64,000 bases of DNA from Spironucleus salmonicida (Eukaryota), in contig NC_090598.1 of the NCBI RefSeq assembly GCF_000497125.1, positions 496,001 to 560,000 on the forward strand, read 5' to 3'. Positions 13,762-27,001 of the stretch are shown here, in pieces. The translations under genes and the position numbers were made by a program. Positions within the stretch are counted from its first letter, which is position 1, and each line of letters starts with the position of its first letter. The notes beneath the pieces were generated by a model that was given only the letters and a program-made list of their open reading frames with translations, had not been told where the DNA came from and did not search any database.

Positions 13762-14440
13762 TAGAGAAAAGGAATGTGACAAATATCGGTTATGTGATTA
13801 TTGTACTATAAAGTTCATAAGTGACTCCAAGATTTAACACGATACATCTACATACCAGCACACAGACTTAGCGCAATTCGGATATATAAAGAAGTGCCTG
13901 CCATCTGCCATTGTACCAGACGGCTATTGGGTAGGCGCGTGCTAGACGGGCCGGCTCTTGCGTATTACTGCGCACCGGACATCGCCAGCAAAAGTTAAGG
14001 GAATGTGCGAGTTCGTGAATCAGCCAGCCCCTAGCAGCGCTCGGACCCGTCGCATGCTAGCAGCGCCTGGTAAGCATCCCTGTGCAATGGCCGAATGCCC
14101 CAGGACTGCATCGAAATGGCGCCAGCTAGGCCTGGGTGAAACGGCTGTGCGCATAGCGTCACTGCCAGAGCTTGCCGCGGTAGGAATTGGCAGCTGCACA
14201 TAGGCAAGCTGCTGCGAAAACTGCCTCTGGCGTAGACGTCCTCCCATCCCGCGTCGGCAGCCTAGGGTGCAGCGAATCCCCCAGAACCCGTAACGGACGG
14301 AGCTTCTAGAACGGTGCGGCTTCAGCGGCAACCGCTGGCACCAGGATGATCTGCAGTGCAGTGACGGTGAATGCCAGCGCGAACCGTTTGGTGTACGCGG
14401 TGGGCACTCCTGGGCGGATGCCAGCAGGGATAGTATAATA
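13317..14440. repeat. Direct segmental duplication, copy 2 (partner 6881-8004)
   Basis: Near-identical to 6881-8004; the ORF track shows identical translations at offset 6436. Confidence 0.95.
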
Positions 14441-14558
14441 GGATTTGCAGAATCATCAAAGCATTTACTTAATATTTTGCATGACGTATTCGTTTCTAAC
14501 TTCTGCATTTAACATTTGGTAAGATTAAACCTAGTAAATGCTGAATAATTTTTTTAAA

Positions 14559-16934
14559 TCAAATCTCATTTACTTCTGCGTCTTCAAAACTACTCGTAAT
14601 AGTATGCGAAATGCTGGATATACTATTTACATATTGTTCAAGGACTACCTGAAATTTAACGTTCATTCCAAAATTTCTTACCTACCAGTATCCTAATAAT
14701 CCATAAATCATAAGTTTATCGTATATTTTCGGATCAATGACAAATCTTCTTCCATAAAATTCATTTGGTATTTCACCAAAAAAGTTTCTATATGGAGCTC
14801 GAATAGCACACTATCCTTCATGGTCAATAATACGCATACTCATTGGGTGAAATATTAGATACTACTAGCAATAATTGCAACAGTCATTCCTGCAAGTCGT
14901 GTGCGCTCCAGAACCACAAAAAATGCAAAAAATAATCTCTTCAATATTTATTATTGTATTACACTCAATACAACATGTATTAATTATAGAGAATGAATCT
15001 TTAGGTAGAGATAACTTAATCTATTAAATAGGATATGTGATAGGAGATTCACCGGAAATACATTGCATATATTATAAAACTGTAAGAAGATTTCTAGAAA
15101 TAATACCACCATCATTAATTGAAGTAATATGAGGTTTAAATGCTTGATATGCCAAAAATACGTTATTTAGTAAGCTATAAGAGAATCGAAGCAGAAGAGG
15201 AAATTTATCGAATAGACCTTCATAAAAATTGAAAGAATTTTGAATGATTATACTATGCATTTCCATATCACAGAATGGGCAATTATACTTATTTTTTATA
15301 CACTAATAATGAAAATTATGGCCACATGTAAGTGGAATATTTTTATGAAGAAAGTTTGAAATCTCAGAGTTGATAAGAACTGGACAGAAAATATTATGCA
15401 ATATATCTTAGTGGCAATAATCGCAGGTAAGTCTCACATCAATTTTAGAATAATCTGGACTCATTAGCTAATCTTATGTAGTTTATGTTTTAGTAAGTAA
15501 TAAAGCAAGCCGCTTCTAAAGTGAAAGCTTTGATTTTGTATCAATTGATTATACTATTTTATGTTTCTCAAACAATGAATTAATATTATTGAGTTTTGAT
15601 GAAATTATGTCTAACCTGATGGTATTCTTAAAAAAATATTGATTATTTGATATATTCTAGATTTTACAGATTTTTTGTGAAAAGATGTAATCTTCCTAAA
15701 AATTTTATATGTCATCAAATGAGTACATATCGTTTTCAAATTCATTATAGGTCATATGACAACACTCTTTTATAAACTATGGCAGTTCCTATAACGATAA
15801 ACTGAATGGAATACAATGTTCCACTTATGCAATTTAGAACTTTTCATATTATGTTAAATTAATCTTTAACACATCTAGTGTGGAATAGTTATCTTTGGAT
15901 AAAAAGATTCTAAAAATAAATTCTTAATAGAAGATATGGTGTTATAAATGCTGCTAGTGATTAGTGAAAAATATCTTCAATTTTGAAAATACATTAACTT
16001 CATTAAATTTTATATTACCGTTATAATGTATCTCATCAAAAAATTCATGTAAATCGATAGAATTTCGCTTATAAAGATCATGAAATATGTTAATTTTATT
16101 AATATAGTGAGCTTCAAATGGTATAATGAATTACTGAATAAAAGAATCCAATTCAACATTTGATATAAATTCTATAATATCACATAGTAATAATGGAAAT
16201 ATGGGTGGCAATGGGTAGAAAAATTCTTAAGAATATATATTTTTTGTATTCTATAAAAACATAGTTACATCTACAAGACAGAATCTAATTTCTCTAGATA
16301 CTAGTAATTAATAAAATTGTATAAAGAAATTTTGATAGTGGTCCATTTTATCATTGAATAACTTAATTTCTTCAGATGAATTGTGGTACTATTAAAGTAT
16401 CATAACATTAAATGATGTACAAAATTAATTTTCAATATATAATAGTTATTTATTCAATATACTAAAGCACTTAACTGGATAATATAGGATTTAACTGTAG
16501 ATTATTTTCATATGGGTTTACTGCATGCCAAGCAGAATATCAACAAAAACATGATTGCTCAAACTTTAAATAGCAGTTTTACTTTCTATCAGTAATTAGT
16601 ATTTTTTATCTAGGATATTAAAGCCATTCTTAAGGGCGTAATTAAGAAAAGAAGTCTAAATAGCTTTAGACCCTGATAAAGAGTATACATCGGGTTCTTC
16701 CATAGTTTAGAGTAATGATAAATGAAAATTTATAGGAATATGTTGTTTATAGTGGGTAATATTACAGATACTTCCCAGTTCGTCGCACTGGCAGACCCCG
16801 TTAAAGTCATTACATATCCAATAATCGTGGTTTAGATGTAAAACAATACACTGCTCACATATTGATTAGTTTTCGAGTGGTGTGCATGTGCAATAGAAAA
16901 TGAGGTTTCCTGAATGTGATACTCTCTCACACAT
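14559..16934 (-). CDS. Compact UBR-family (N-recognin-like) E3 ubiquitin ligase (791 aa)
   Basis: N-terminal UBR-box-like Zn finger (MCERV..FYCTC..ICEQC..HLNHDY..GVCQCD), RING-H2 (LTCGHNFHYQC..CPFC) and UBR C-terminal motif (CIFCG..APYRNFFGE). Confidence 0.8.
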
Positions 16935-17019
16935 TAGGCCAGATGATAATATTATATGTAAAAAGAATAATTATAGATGTTGTAACTTATATTATTATAC
17001 TGATTATAATATCTCCCAG

Positions 17020-17745
17020 ATGATGAATGTCTAAAATCTTTTGTAACGCTACCTCAATAATGCTGTATTTTATACTCATCTGGACTAACAGAATAATTTT
17101 TTTACTGTGTGCAACGACGAGTTGTTCCAGTTCGATTCTAACAAAGTAAAAAAGTAGATCGAAAATTTTTAGCTGCTCAATGATGGTAGTCTCTATGTGG
17201 TCAGAGAAGGCGCCTCAGAACTCATTTGCAGCCATTGCAGTGATTTCACCGTTTCCCATAAAAAGCACCTTCTGGTGTTCTATTCTGGAGCCCTTACTTT
17301 AAGGGATACTCGAAGTCCAAGGCAGATTTTTCTAGATTCCCCCGAAATTTTTTCTATGTTTCTCAGTGAGGAAACTCTCTTTCTTGCGTCTGAAAATTCT
17401 ATTTTTGCTCTAGATTTGAATAGAACTGCCGCACCGAAACGTGTTTTTCAGTTTAGTAAAAACCCAGTTAGACCACTTTCCGTACAGGTAATTGACTAGT
17501 TTTGCGTCGTCCAAACCGCTCCTAAGTCGCTACTCTTTCGTCTAGATGCGAAACTTTCACTTACCGTTTACTTCCCCTACCGCGTTGAGCTATTTGGTAC
17601 GTATTCTGGATAGGTGTTTCTGCTTAACTTCCGCTAGGGAACTGCTGTAGAGCTGAGCCAATTCTAGTAATTCACGATCCCAAGGTCTCTTGTCTATTGC
17701 AGTGGTTTTTTTGCGCTTGGGAGTGCTATTTTCAGGTTCGATTGA
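17020..17745 (+). CDS. Hypothetical beta-strand-rich protein (241 aa)
   Basis: Code-6 ORF that contains supplied ORF 17197-17499; short alternating hydrophobic strands, possibly propeller-like. Confidence 0.6.
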
Positions 17746-17757
17746 TACAGAATATAT

Positions 17758-18291
17758 TCATTCTTGGGTACTAGTACATTGATCACCATATGGCGTTACT
17801 GGTACGCTAATAGCACATGATACTGGACAGTCAACTCCCTCCTGATCTTCTGTGAGTACACAATCGGCTACCTGCAGTTATTAGAGGCAGTATAAGAGAT
17901 AATTACGCTTTATAGTAGTATAATAAGTATTCAGTGTTTCCTCTGAATTTGGATACTGTTCTAAATAAGATTAAAGTCGTGAATCTTCAGTAGACTTAAT
18001 AAAAATATTGAAGTGTGATAGATCAACGAGAGGAGATAAAAGGGCAAACTGTCCAGTGACGAATACGATCGATCTATTCATAGTATTTAGAAAATTAAAT
18101 ATTTACGAGAAATTGAAATTAGATAAATTATTGTCTTTTACTTAATCATGAAAACTATAAAATTTTATATCAAAAGTTTTACTAAGAATATTAAAAATTT
18201 TCAAGCTAGATGAGACAGAATTGCTGGCAACAGCTATAACGAATAGCTTAGATGTGTCTCTGGTTTTGATGAGGTGATGCAGGTGCTCCAT
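17758..18291 (-). CDS. Degenerate uridine-kinase-like protein (177 aa)
   Basis: KLFVIAVASNSVSSS / IVFVTGQFALL..DLSHFNIFIKSTEDSRL / YYTTIKRNY..QVADCVL follow the uridine kinase motif order (IGIAGGSGSGK / IIVEGILAL..DLKIFVDTD.DIRL / Y...VKP...YADVII). Confidence 0.6.
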
Positions 18292-18551
18292 ATTATGTAA
18301 TATTTTGAGATGGTAATTTATAGAATTGTCTGTAATTTAATATTTATTTTCTATTTCCTAATCGCTTATTTCACCCTATTGATGATATCATATCAGTTCA
18401 AGTTGTTAATACACTCATTGTAACCTCTTAGTTTCTTGAACTACTTTATACGTTATTTCCTACTACTCACCAATTCACAATGCATCTAACTTAAAAATCA
18501 ATAATAACCTTCCCAAATTATTATAATTATTACTATATAATAATCATATTT

Positions 18552-19313
18552 TCACTTTTTACTGCTCCTGCATCTCGAGATCACCTTATAGAACTGATCC
18601 CCTCTCTGACACTCTAACCTGAAAAGATCGTCGTAATTAACACTTTCTGTAAGAATATTCCTCTTTTGCGCAGCCACTGGAGTGCGTATAACGCCCGATC
18701 TGGACCGGTATTGCAGCAGGCTGCGCCGCAACAGGACTTCCTGGCTGGCACCGTCTCTCCGCGGCGTGCAGCGCCTAACAGCACTATTCCCGGCGTCAAC
18801 CACGCTCTGCACTATCAGTTTCTCTGGCTGGACGGAATTCTGCTCGTAAACTTGAACCCTCTGCGTCTAAATTCGCCCCGTCGTGAAATTCAGAAATTTG
18901 ATGCCCGCCTGCAGAGCAGATTTCGCATTCGTCAGGGCGGCCTGCGATTTGAGGTCTATCTGGGCCTGTAGGCTTCCGGACTCGTGCTCGTATATTTGCA
19001 CGGCAGCTTCGCTTTCCGAGAGGCGCAAGAGCGCCAGGATGTCCCTGCTTGTGATGAATTCGTTAAGTGGGCGGACGAGGAGACGGTGCATCTGCTTAAA
19101 AACCTATTTCTGCACTTTCAGGTTGAGTGGAATATTGGAATTAGCGCTCATGATTTGCTTGTTCCGAGTCGCAATAGCCTCAGATCTAAAACTGATTGAT
19201 ACTGAGTTTTTGAAAAAATGTATGCCTAAAACGTCGTCTGTTGAGTTTCTGAGGAGATTAGATAACGTTGTAAGAGATGTATTGATTGGCGGGTCTCGCA
19301 GAATTAGAGTCAT
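18552..19313 (-). CDS. Hypothetical protein, possibly two degenerate RRM-like domains (253 aa)
   Basis: Three supplied ORFs (19104-19313, 18867-19091, 18552-18812) share a frame and join via TAG; ends AGTGA. Confidence 0.7.
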
Positions 19314-19413
19314 TTTGAAGCGATTTATAGATATTAAATATTATGTGATTACATAGTAAAGATTTAAATTAGATAAATGCACAATCTACTTATTAGGCTT
19401 TTTACTATTAAAC

Positions 19414-19854
19414 TCACTCATGTTTACTATTCTTTTTCTTTTTCTATTGAGCAAAATCTGCAATTTAATACAGATTCGTTCTTAGAATTACCAAATTTTC
19501 TTATAAAACACTTGCATGGTGTTTTAGGCTGTCTATTCTGTTAAATTATTCTTTAATGTCTTTCATACCTAACCGTATTTTGGACATAGCGCCTATAGTT
19601 TCAGGTAGCTACTAAAAGTCATCACAAGTATTAAAATCAGTAACAGAAAAACTGTTTTATCTTTATAATTAAAAATCTGCTATTATAGGCTTCTAAATTT
19701 CAATATGACTATGCTTTTTTACTTTAGAAAGCATAGCGGTTAAAAGATTGAAGTCAAATGGGTTATGTTATGAATGTTAGAATACAGGAGACATCGTGCG
19801 ACTAGGTTTTAAAGAGCTTAGTATGGATGGTACTCGAGACGGAAACCCATTCAT
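19414..19854 (-). CDS. Hypothetical protein (146 aa)
   Basis: Code-6 ORF MNGFPSRVPS...KKNSKHE*, ends AGTGA. Confidence 0.6.
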
Positions 19855-20431
19855 TTTGATCAGACAACTTTAGTTAGATATATAATATTAGTATTATAAT
19901 ATGATAAATTTTTTATACAGGTGTAGCCGTAGAATAAATAAAATGTTTTACACGTATTTTATAGATTATATTTATTTCAAGAGAACCCAAGATAATTGTA
20001 GTTTGTTCAATAAATGGGTAGAACGCTATTAATTGAGAAAACAACATTTTTTGCAAATAAAGGAAGTGCTATACTATTTTATTACCTTTATATTAGAGAA
20101 GCTGAAATTTTACAAAAAATTATTATCAAATTTTTAAAAACTGGATTGTTATTTAAGCTTATAATAATGTCTTGACATGATTATCATGTGAATCTAGTTG
20201 AATACTACTAATTGAAATATAAATACTACATATTTTTGCTAATAAATATTAATATAGTTCAAATATTATGTTATAAAGTATTCTACAATTTTGATTTAAC
20301 AGAAAAAGTTATCAGTATAAAATAAGCGTATACTAGTAATATCAATTATAATGCAACCTTTTTATAAATAATTTTTTTTGATTAACTAATTTTAATATAC
20401 CTTATAGGTCGTAAAAGAAATGAAATGACCA

Positions 20432-21988
20432 TCAATCAATATGAGTCTCCTATATACTAGCAATTGATACTTCTACACCTTCTATAGCTTTAGGTTCTGC
20501 TTCCTATTCGTCTGCCATTTTCTTGAAATAAAAGGTCTACTACCAAATGAAAAACTAAGCTGCCAGGAAACCACAAACCTCAGTAATAGTAGGTACGATG
20601 AATATCCATTTTATATCTAAGAATAATGGGAAAATGTATATACAAATAACATTAACGATAAGTCTAAAGACTTATAGTAAAGTGGCAGTTATTACCTTTC
20701 GGCGCATTTAAAATACACCTGACGCAAAAGTAATCGAGCTTTACGTAAAAATTCCAGAGAAACAAATTCTCAACAAAGGGGTTGCTTCATCTACAAATTT
20801 CTGGTCTGAATTAAACATTTTAATTAAAAATGGCATCAGACCGATCAAAATGAGTTATACTACTAAAAGAATACCGGTAGTTAGCCAGTCAGCATATAAT
20901 ATTAATTTTTAGATTCTACGATATTTATTTTATCCTAGATTATATGAAAAGATAGCTAGAAAACCAAAATATATTCCAAGACGTGGTTAAACCATTAGTT
21001 GTATCAGACGCAAAAAAATTCCCAATACTGCTTAATATTATGTGGTTCGGCTACCTGCATATTTAGAGATTTACGAACTAGTTAAGGCCTAAGCAATAAT
21101 AGTTGGGATAGTATTAAATGCTGCAGGAATAAATTGTTTAAATGTAGTTTTTAGATAAAACCAACTGAATTTGATATACTTTTTATCAAATTTAATTATA
21201 GTTGACTTAACACCACCAAAAAAATTGTAAAGTATCCATAAATCAATTATCAATTGCGATACAACAGTGGAAATAGCTGCAGATTACATTTTAAGTTTAT
21301 CTAAAAAGAAATTGAACAAGATTGCATCCAGAATAATATTTAAGGCAGAGCTTAGTATAAGGCAGACCATAGCCTCCTTAACTTTATTTTCTTATCTAAG
21401 TAGTGGTAGTAATGCCCCATTGATAGAATACGAGACAATGCCTATAGAGTACATTACCCACATATAATTAGATAAATATGTGTAAACTGGTTCTGTAGTT
21501 GCCCCTAATCCTCTTGCAATAATATTCTTTAATGGTAATATAATTGCAGGCATGATTATATTATAAATAACCACAAGTAAGAAAAACTATGTAGCATAAT
21601 TTCTAGCTTCCTCTGGTTTCTTTTATCCAAGTGCAGGTCCTATTAGCGATATTGCACCAACTGAAAGCGACTAAATAACAACAATACAAACGAGTAATTC
21701 CAAGGGGGTTCCAACTGAAGAAGATGCGAGCCCTGCCTAACCTAAGTATTGCCCTATGAAAATTGAGTCGGTAATCAGATAAAGTGTTAGAATCAAAAAT
21801 CCAACTATGTTGTTTGCTGATTGGTATAATAATACTTGAAATATAGGCCCATTTCCAATATATTCAACACTTTTCTTTTACTTACGTCTAGACTTTTAAG
21901 ATAAGGCTTATATTTAATCAAAGTCTTATTCATCTTCATATTTTTATGTTATTGCATTATCTATTGTCGATAAATTGTCTTTGTTCAT
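20432..21988 (-). CDS. MATE family efflux transporter (518 aa)
   Basis: LYLITDSIFIGQYLGQAGLASSSVGTP and SVGAISLIGPALGQKKPEEA match MATE TM1-2 motifs; the second half repeats the pattern; many hydrophobic helices. Confidence 0.9.
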
Positions 21989-22455
21989 TTTAATAAATAT
22001 CATGTAATATTAACTCAAGTATATAAATCCATTCTAAATAATATTTGGCATATAATTTAAGTTTATACCTACTAAATATGACTATATTCAATTAATAATT
22101 CTTGAAGTATACGTATATTTTTAATGCATAAGTATTTTATGATACTATTGTATTTTACAAAATGATAGATACTATCTATACATAAGTAGTAATAAAGATA
22201 ATCATCTTTAATTCCAATCTTATGTTATTTTAATTAAGTATCCTAATCTGAATTGATCTTATTTACTTACACTGCATTATTTATTGATATATTTAAAGTA
22301 GGAAATTTATATAATATTTTATGTAAGCATTAATTTCGATTTGTTATCCTAATATAATCTTATTTTTAAATAATACAACTATTATTATATCATATTGTAT
22401 TGGTTTCATAATTAAATTATATACTAAAATATTATATAAGTTTGCAATAATGCTA

Positions 22456-23199
22456 TCACTTAATTTTACTTAACCATTCTACAAATACTGTACCCATATC
22501 TATATTTTCCTGATTATTTCTATGCTCGTCCATCCAGAATTTTATAAATTCAGTTTTACATAATTACAACTCATCTACACTATAAATCTTCTTACAATCA
22601 AAATAAACTCCTTCACAGACTTATACAGTTGTTTCTAAGTCTGTAACACGTTGCATTGATATAATTTTTTGACAAACATTATTCAAAAATACAGCAATTG
22701 AAACATTAATCTATCTCTTAATTTATGTTGCTCGTTTAACAATTTTATCGCTTTTTTTCATTAAATATTCAACACACTCTTCAGCAGCAATAAAATTAGG
22801 ATTGTCCCATTCACTTTTTTCAAGGATTTGCTCTTATCTTGACACTAAATTCAAATATATATCTTCTGCCCATTTTTCGTTTGGACCTTTTTCGTTAGTT
22901 GAAACTAGAACAGCAAAACGTGTCTTACGTTCTCTAGCAACGCAAAATAGCTCATATCTAAAAGATTTTGTATGATTAGTACAATCCACAATAACCAGAG
23001 TTTCATCATTCAAAAATTGTTATACAAAGGAGTAAATAGATCTAAATAGTTCAATTTACCTTTTAACCTGTTCTTCTGGTGTAAAACTAAGTGAGTCTGG
23101 TGATACTACTTTAGTAGACATAGAAGATAAGTCTTAGACTTATGTTGCTAACTCAGATTTTCCAGAGTTAGGTTTACCATAAAGAAGAAGTAAAGGCAT
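22456..23199 (-). CDS. KTI12: KTI12-like P-loop protein (Elongator-associated; 247 aa)
   Basis: MPLLLLYGKPNSGKS P-loop, VDCTNHTKSFRYELFCVAR and WDNPNF; ends AGTGA. The related PSTK is a less likely alternative. Confidence 0.8.
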
Positions 23200-23376
23200 T
23201 TAATTATTTTGTATAGTTTTAAAGCATTATTATATATAATTATAGTGTACTAATTAAAGTAACATATGTCGCACCCTAAAAATAATAAGAATACATATTG
23301 ACAAAATAATATGGTAGTATAGTTTGCTACTAACTGAACAATTCACTAAATATAGTCATTTTGGCATACAAGATTA

Positions 23377-25884
23377 TCAATGTATAAAGAAATAAGGCAA
23401 GATTAGTAGTAATAAAAAGATTGTAAAAAACGAAATATTTACTACTTACTGAAAATTATATTAGTTATGATCATAGTATTTCTTAAATACACTTTTAAAT
23501 GGTTCTTCAACTTATAATTAATTTAGTTTTTACTATTGACCATGGTTATAACAATCATCATTCTCACATAAATATGAATACGTTTAGTTAAAGAATGATT
23601 TTCCATAGGAATAAAAATATTGCTAGTCTTAAAAGAATGATATTTTAATTGTTTTGTTTTTAACAAACGGCTTTGCTAGAGTATTCAATGGCAGTAGATC
23701 AATACATTTAAAGTTTTATTCTATCACAAACCAGTAGTTAAAAATATTTTTAAAAATCAATACTCCACTACAGAAACTAGGAATTTATAGTTAAAATAGA
23801 GATAAATTAGTTACTATATTAGAATCTTTAATAAAATTATGATAATCTAAAATTATTTAGAAGTTTAAAATAGTAGATTTAATTTCAGGACTGATATTAT
23901 TAGTATAATAGTCTTTAAAATCATACCTTATTAGATAGTATACACCATCTTATCTAAAAATATCTGGTAAATCTAACTCTATAAATAAAACAATTTAATA
24001 AAGTTGTATTAATGCTGTTAATTAAAGTTACTATATAAATTATTAACATAAATAAAAGATTTTTGTCTTATCGTCTGTAATTCTAAAAGATAAAATTGTA
24101 TCAGACGCTTTACCTGCCTTAATATCATTGAGTGATACCATATTGAATTAATTTATATAATCCTAGGTAAATTGAAAATTAGAACAAATAAATAAATATT
24201 CATTAAAAAAGAAAAACTACTGCTATTTAGGAACAGATAAGTCTTACACTGAATAAATATTTTAAATATTTTATTATATAGTAGTGTTTTATATTAAGTC
24301 TGAACATTTTTATTCACTATTAGTGAAATTAACTGAAATAAGAATTGAAGTTTCTGTATCCTAATGGTATAGACAATACTACTACTCAAATATATTTATA
24401 ATATCAATAAATTAAAATGTATTAATAAAATTTATATCTATTAAATGTTATTGAATGTTAAAGAGATCTTATTCAGTTTAAATACTTAAAATTTTATATG
24501 ATTAATAGAGCGAGGTCCAATTTATATAAACAAGATGGTTTTCTAAAGCTACTATGATCTATCCTTATTCTTCTTAAATTTAATACAAAATATTTTATAT
24601 AAAACCATGTGTAAGAAAAAACTGTTTAATATCGGGATGATATAAAAATGCATCTCCTTAGTAAACCAATATTATATTTTAACTTATTATTTCTTTTTCT
24701 TGTTATTTTCCGACTGTTACTATACCTAATAATATTCTACCAAATTTATCTGAATCTATATATAATGGCATGCTATAATATAACATATCATCTTATTTAA
24801 ATATTTAATATTGATTGTAATCTGGATATAAGCTCCCTATACCTTAATATATGCAAATATAATTAATTAACTCTTAGCTAACAAATTATATAACAGGTAA
24901 CGCATCACCAAAATTTAAAAAATAATTCCTTTTCTCTGAAAAATAAATTTCTGGTGTTAATAAAATCATGCTTTACTTATCAAAAATATATTACACATTC
25001 CGAAACGCAGTAAGTTTAGATAATGGCGGTTAGTTTTCTTCATCTAATAAAAACAATGTCATTGGAAAATCAAAGATTACTAATTGAATTTCTATTTATG
25101 ATGTGAAAGTAAAACCAACAAATTTTTGTCTCTTAGAAAATGAGTTCTCCTTCATATTTATATCTAAGTAATTACTTCTGAATATCTAAAATTGTTCATT
25201 TCCAAATTGCATGATTTCTCTCATTTACATGTTAACAAATTATGAATAATCTTATTCATAGATAATATTAATATCAAATTAATATACTTAGGTCCAATTT
25301 GTTATAATTAATTTCTATCTCCCTAAAGCCACTATTTATATTTTTGCATATCGTGAAATAGTACCTATGAATATTTCAACTTTTCTTAATATTTAGTGAA
25401 TCTTTTTATTACCACCATCAATAATAATAAGAATATTTTCATCATTAACTGCGAAATTTTTTCTAACAAAATTTTTTTCATTTAAAAAATCGGAAGTTAA
25501 AGTCATTTAATCTACAATTGATGAAAATTCAACAAAATCAAAATGATCTGTGAGGCTAGTTAATTCAGGTTAAATATTAAGAGAATGTGTATACATCTTA
25601 TTTAATTCATGTTCATATCCTTTAGGATATCGCCATTTCAATTTTGAATAATCCTATCCATTATCTTATTATTTTTTATGAACATCTTTTTCTAGTTACT
25701 TTACCGATTAAGCAAGTATGCTAATAGAATCTTATATTTTTTATTTTTATGTTGATAGCTTAGGATCCTATTATGAAGTTGTCTTCCAATCGGTGAAATC
25801 ATATTGATCTAGCAATTTAGAGTATAATAAATTATCCATCATGATCAAATCATCATATATTCCTTATAAAACAATTATCAACAT
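23377..25884 (-). CDS. VWA + Cache domain membrane-anchored protein (alpha2-delta/CACHD1-like architecture; 835 aa)
   Basis: Frame scanned free of TGA. Signal-like MLIIVLQ, KWRYP, VWA strand ENILIIIDGG..FIGTISRYAKIQIVAL, Cache motifs YSMPLY..ILLGIV and GDAFLYHPD, hydrophobic C-terminus. Confidence 0.65.
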
Positions 25885-25948
25885 TACGATAATATTTACT
25901 ATAAGATTATATTCTATAAAATAATAGTAATTTACTGGCGTCACTTTA

Positions 25949-26395
25949 ATGATAATAATTGAAATTTTAGATACAAGTATCATATAACTTATTCCAATGA
26001 AATAGTTAACTAATAACTCGTATTAAATTCATGAATTAACATATAAATATTATAATCAGCTATTAGCGAGCAATAGCTAAAAATATATTTATCTATTACA
26101 GTAGCCAAAACCATAAAACATCTATTATGAAATTATTTATAATTATTTTTCTAACTATGGATACCTTTTATCTTATGGATAATATGATATGGACTTTGCA
26201 GCCTATAATAAAACTGAAAAACATAGTCTTTTCCTTATCAAGATCTTACCGTCATCAAAAATTTCAACTACCATACTAACTACATATATGCGAGTGTCTT
26301 CTCAGGTCAAGAAATATCTTGTCTTAGCTTATATTTCTAAAGAAAAAGTTAATTTTGTCTCCTTAAAATACACCCCGCGCTCAGAACGTAAGTGA
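25949..26395 (+). CDS. tRNA-splicing endonuclease catalytic subunit (SEN2/SEN34/EndA-like; ~148 aa)
   Basis: YEIIYNYFSNYGYLLSYGQYDMDFAAY..EKHSLFLIKIL..YMRVSSQVKKYLVLAY resembles the EndA catalytic domain with candidate Y/H/K triad; ends AGTGA. Start uncertain. Confidence 0.78.
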
Positions 26396-26400
26396 CAAAA

Positions 26401-26694
26401 TCATTCATCAATCTCCTAAAGTAATGGTTCGTTTTCTATACCTTACTTTGGTTTTTTGAAGTAACAGAATATGCTAATTATAGCTATAACTGAAAAAATT
26501 ACACCAATTGATACACCTATTATTATATAAAGTGTGTTTAGTTTTTCAGTAATACATTGGCCATTGAAAATGTAGAATCCCGCCTCACACTGATTGCAAT
26601 CAGAATTTAATAATACAAAATGATCTTCACATTACTCACATACACTAGGGTCTAAAGGGTCACATTATTAACAGAATGAAACATTGCATGTCAT
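26401..26694 (-). CDS. Mini cysteine-rich membrane protein (97 aa)
   Basis: MTCNVSFCQQC...; 8-Cys module, TM, tail KKPKQGIENEPLLQEIDE*. Confidence 0.85.
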
Positions 26695-27001
26695 TTTTCT
26701 AATGTTAGTTATTAGCTATATATCCAAATATCATTTAATAATAATCATAATTTTACAACTAAATTTGATTTGATATCCTATAATTTGCAATTTTCAAAGT
26801 AGTTATATTCCTATATAATATAATTTAAGTATTATGAAATACTTTTTATAGTATTTTTTATATAAATCAAACACTTGGTTACGGTTCCTCTGCTTGATTA
26901 TAACTAAATCTTATTGTGTTATTTCTCATAGCTAATTAAGTTTCATTAACCAAAAGAAAAATAATATATAATTATTAGAAAGTTAAATTTTTAAAGAGTA
27001 T

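Noticed and set aside
18666-19356. Plus-strand ORFs 18666-18971, 18883-19356 and 18984-19199
   Set aside because: Antisense shadows of the 18552-19313 gene, which has a proper ATG and an AGTGA end.
22456-23199. PSTK (selenocysteine pathway kinase)
   Set aside because: The MPL start, FRYELFC and WDxP motifs fit KTI12 better; not fully excluded.
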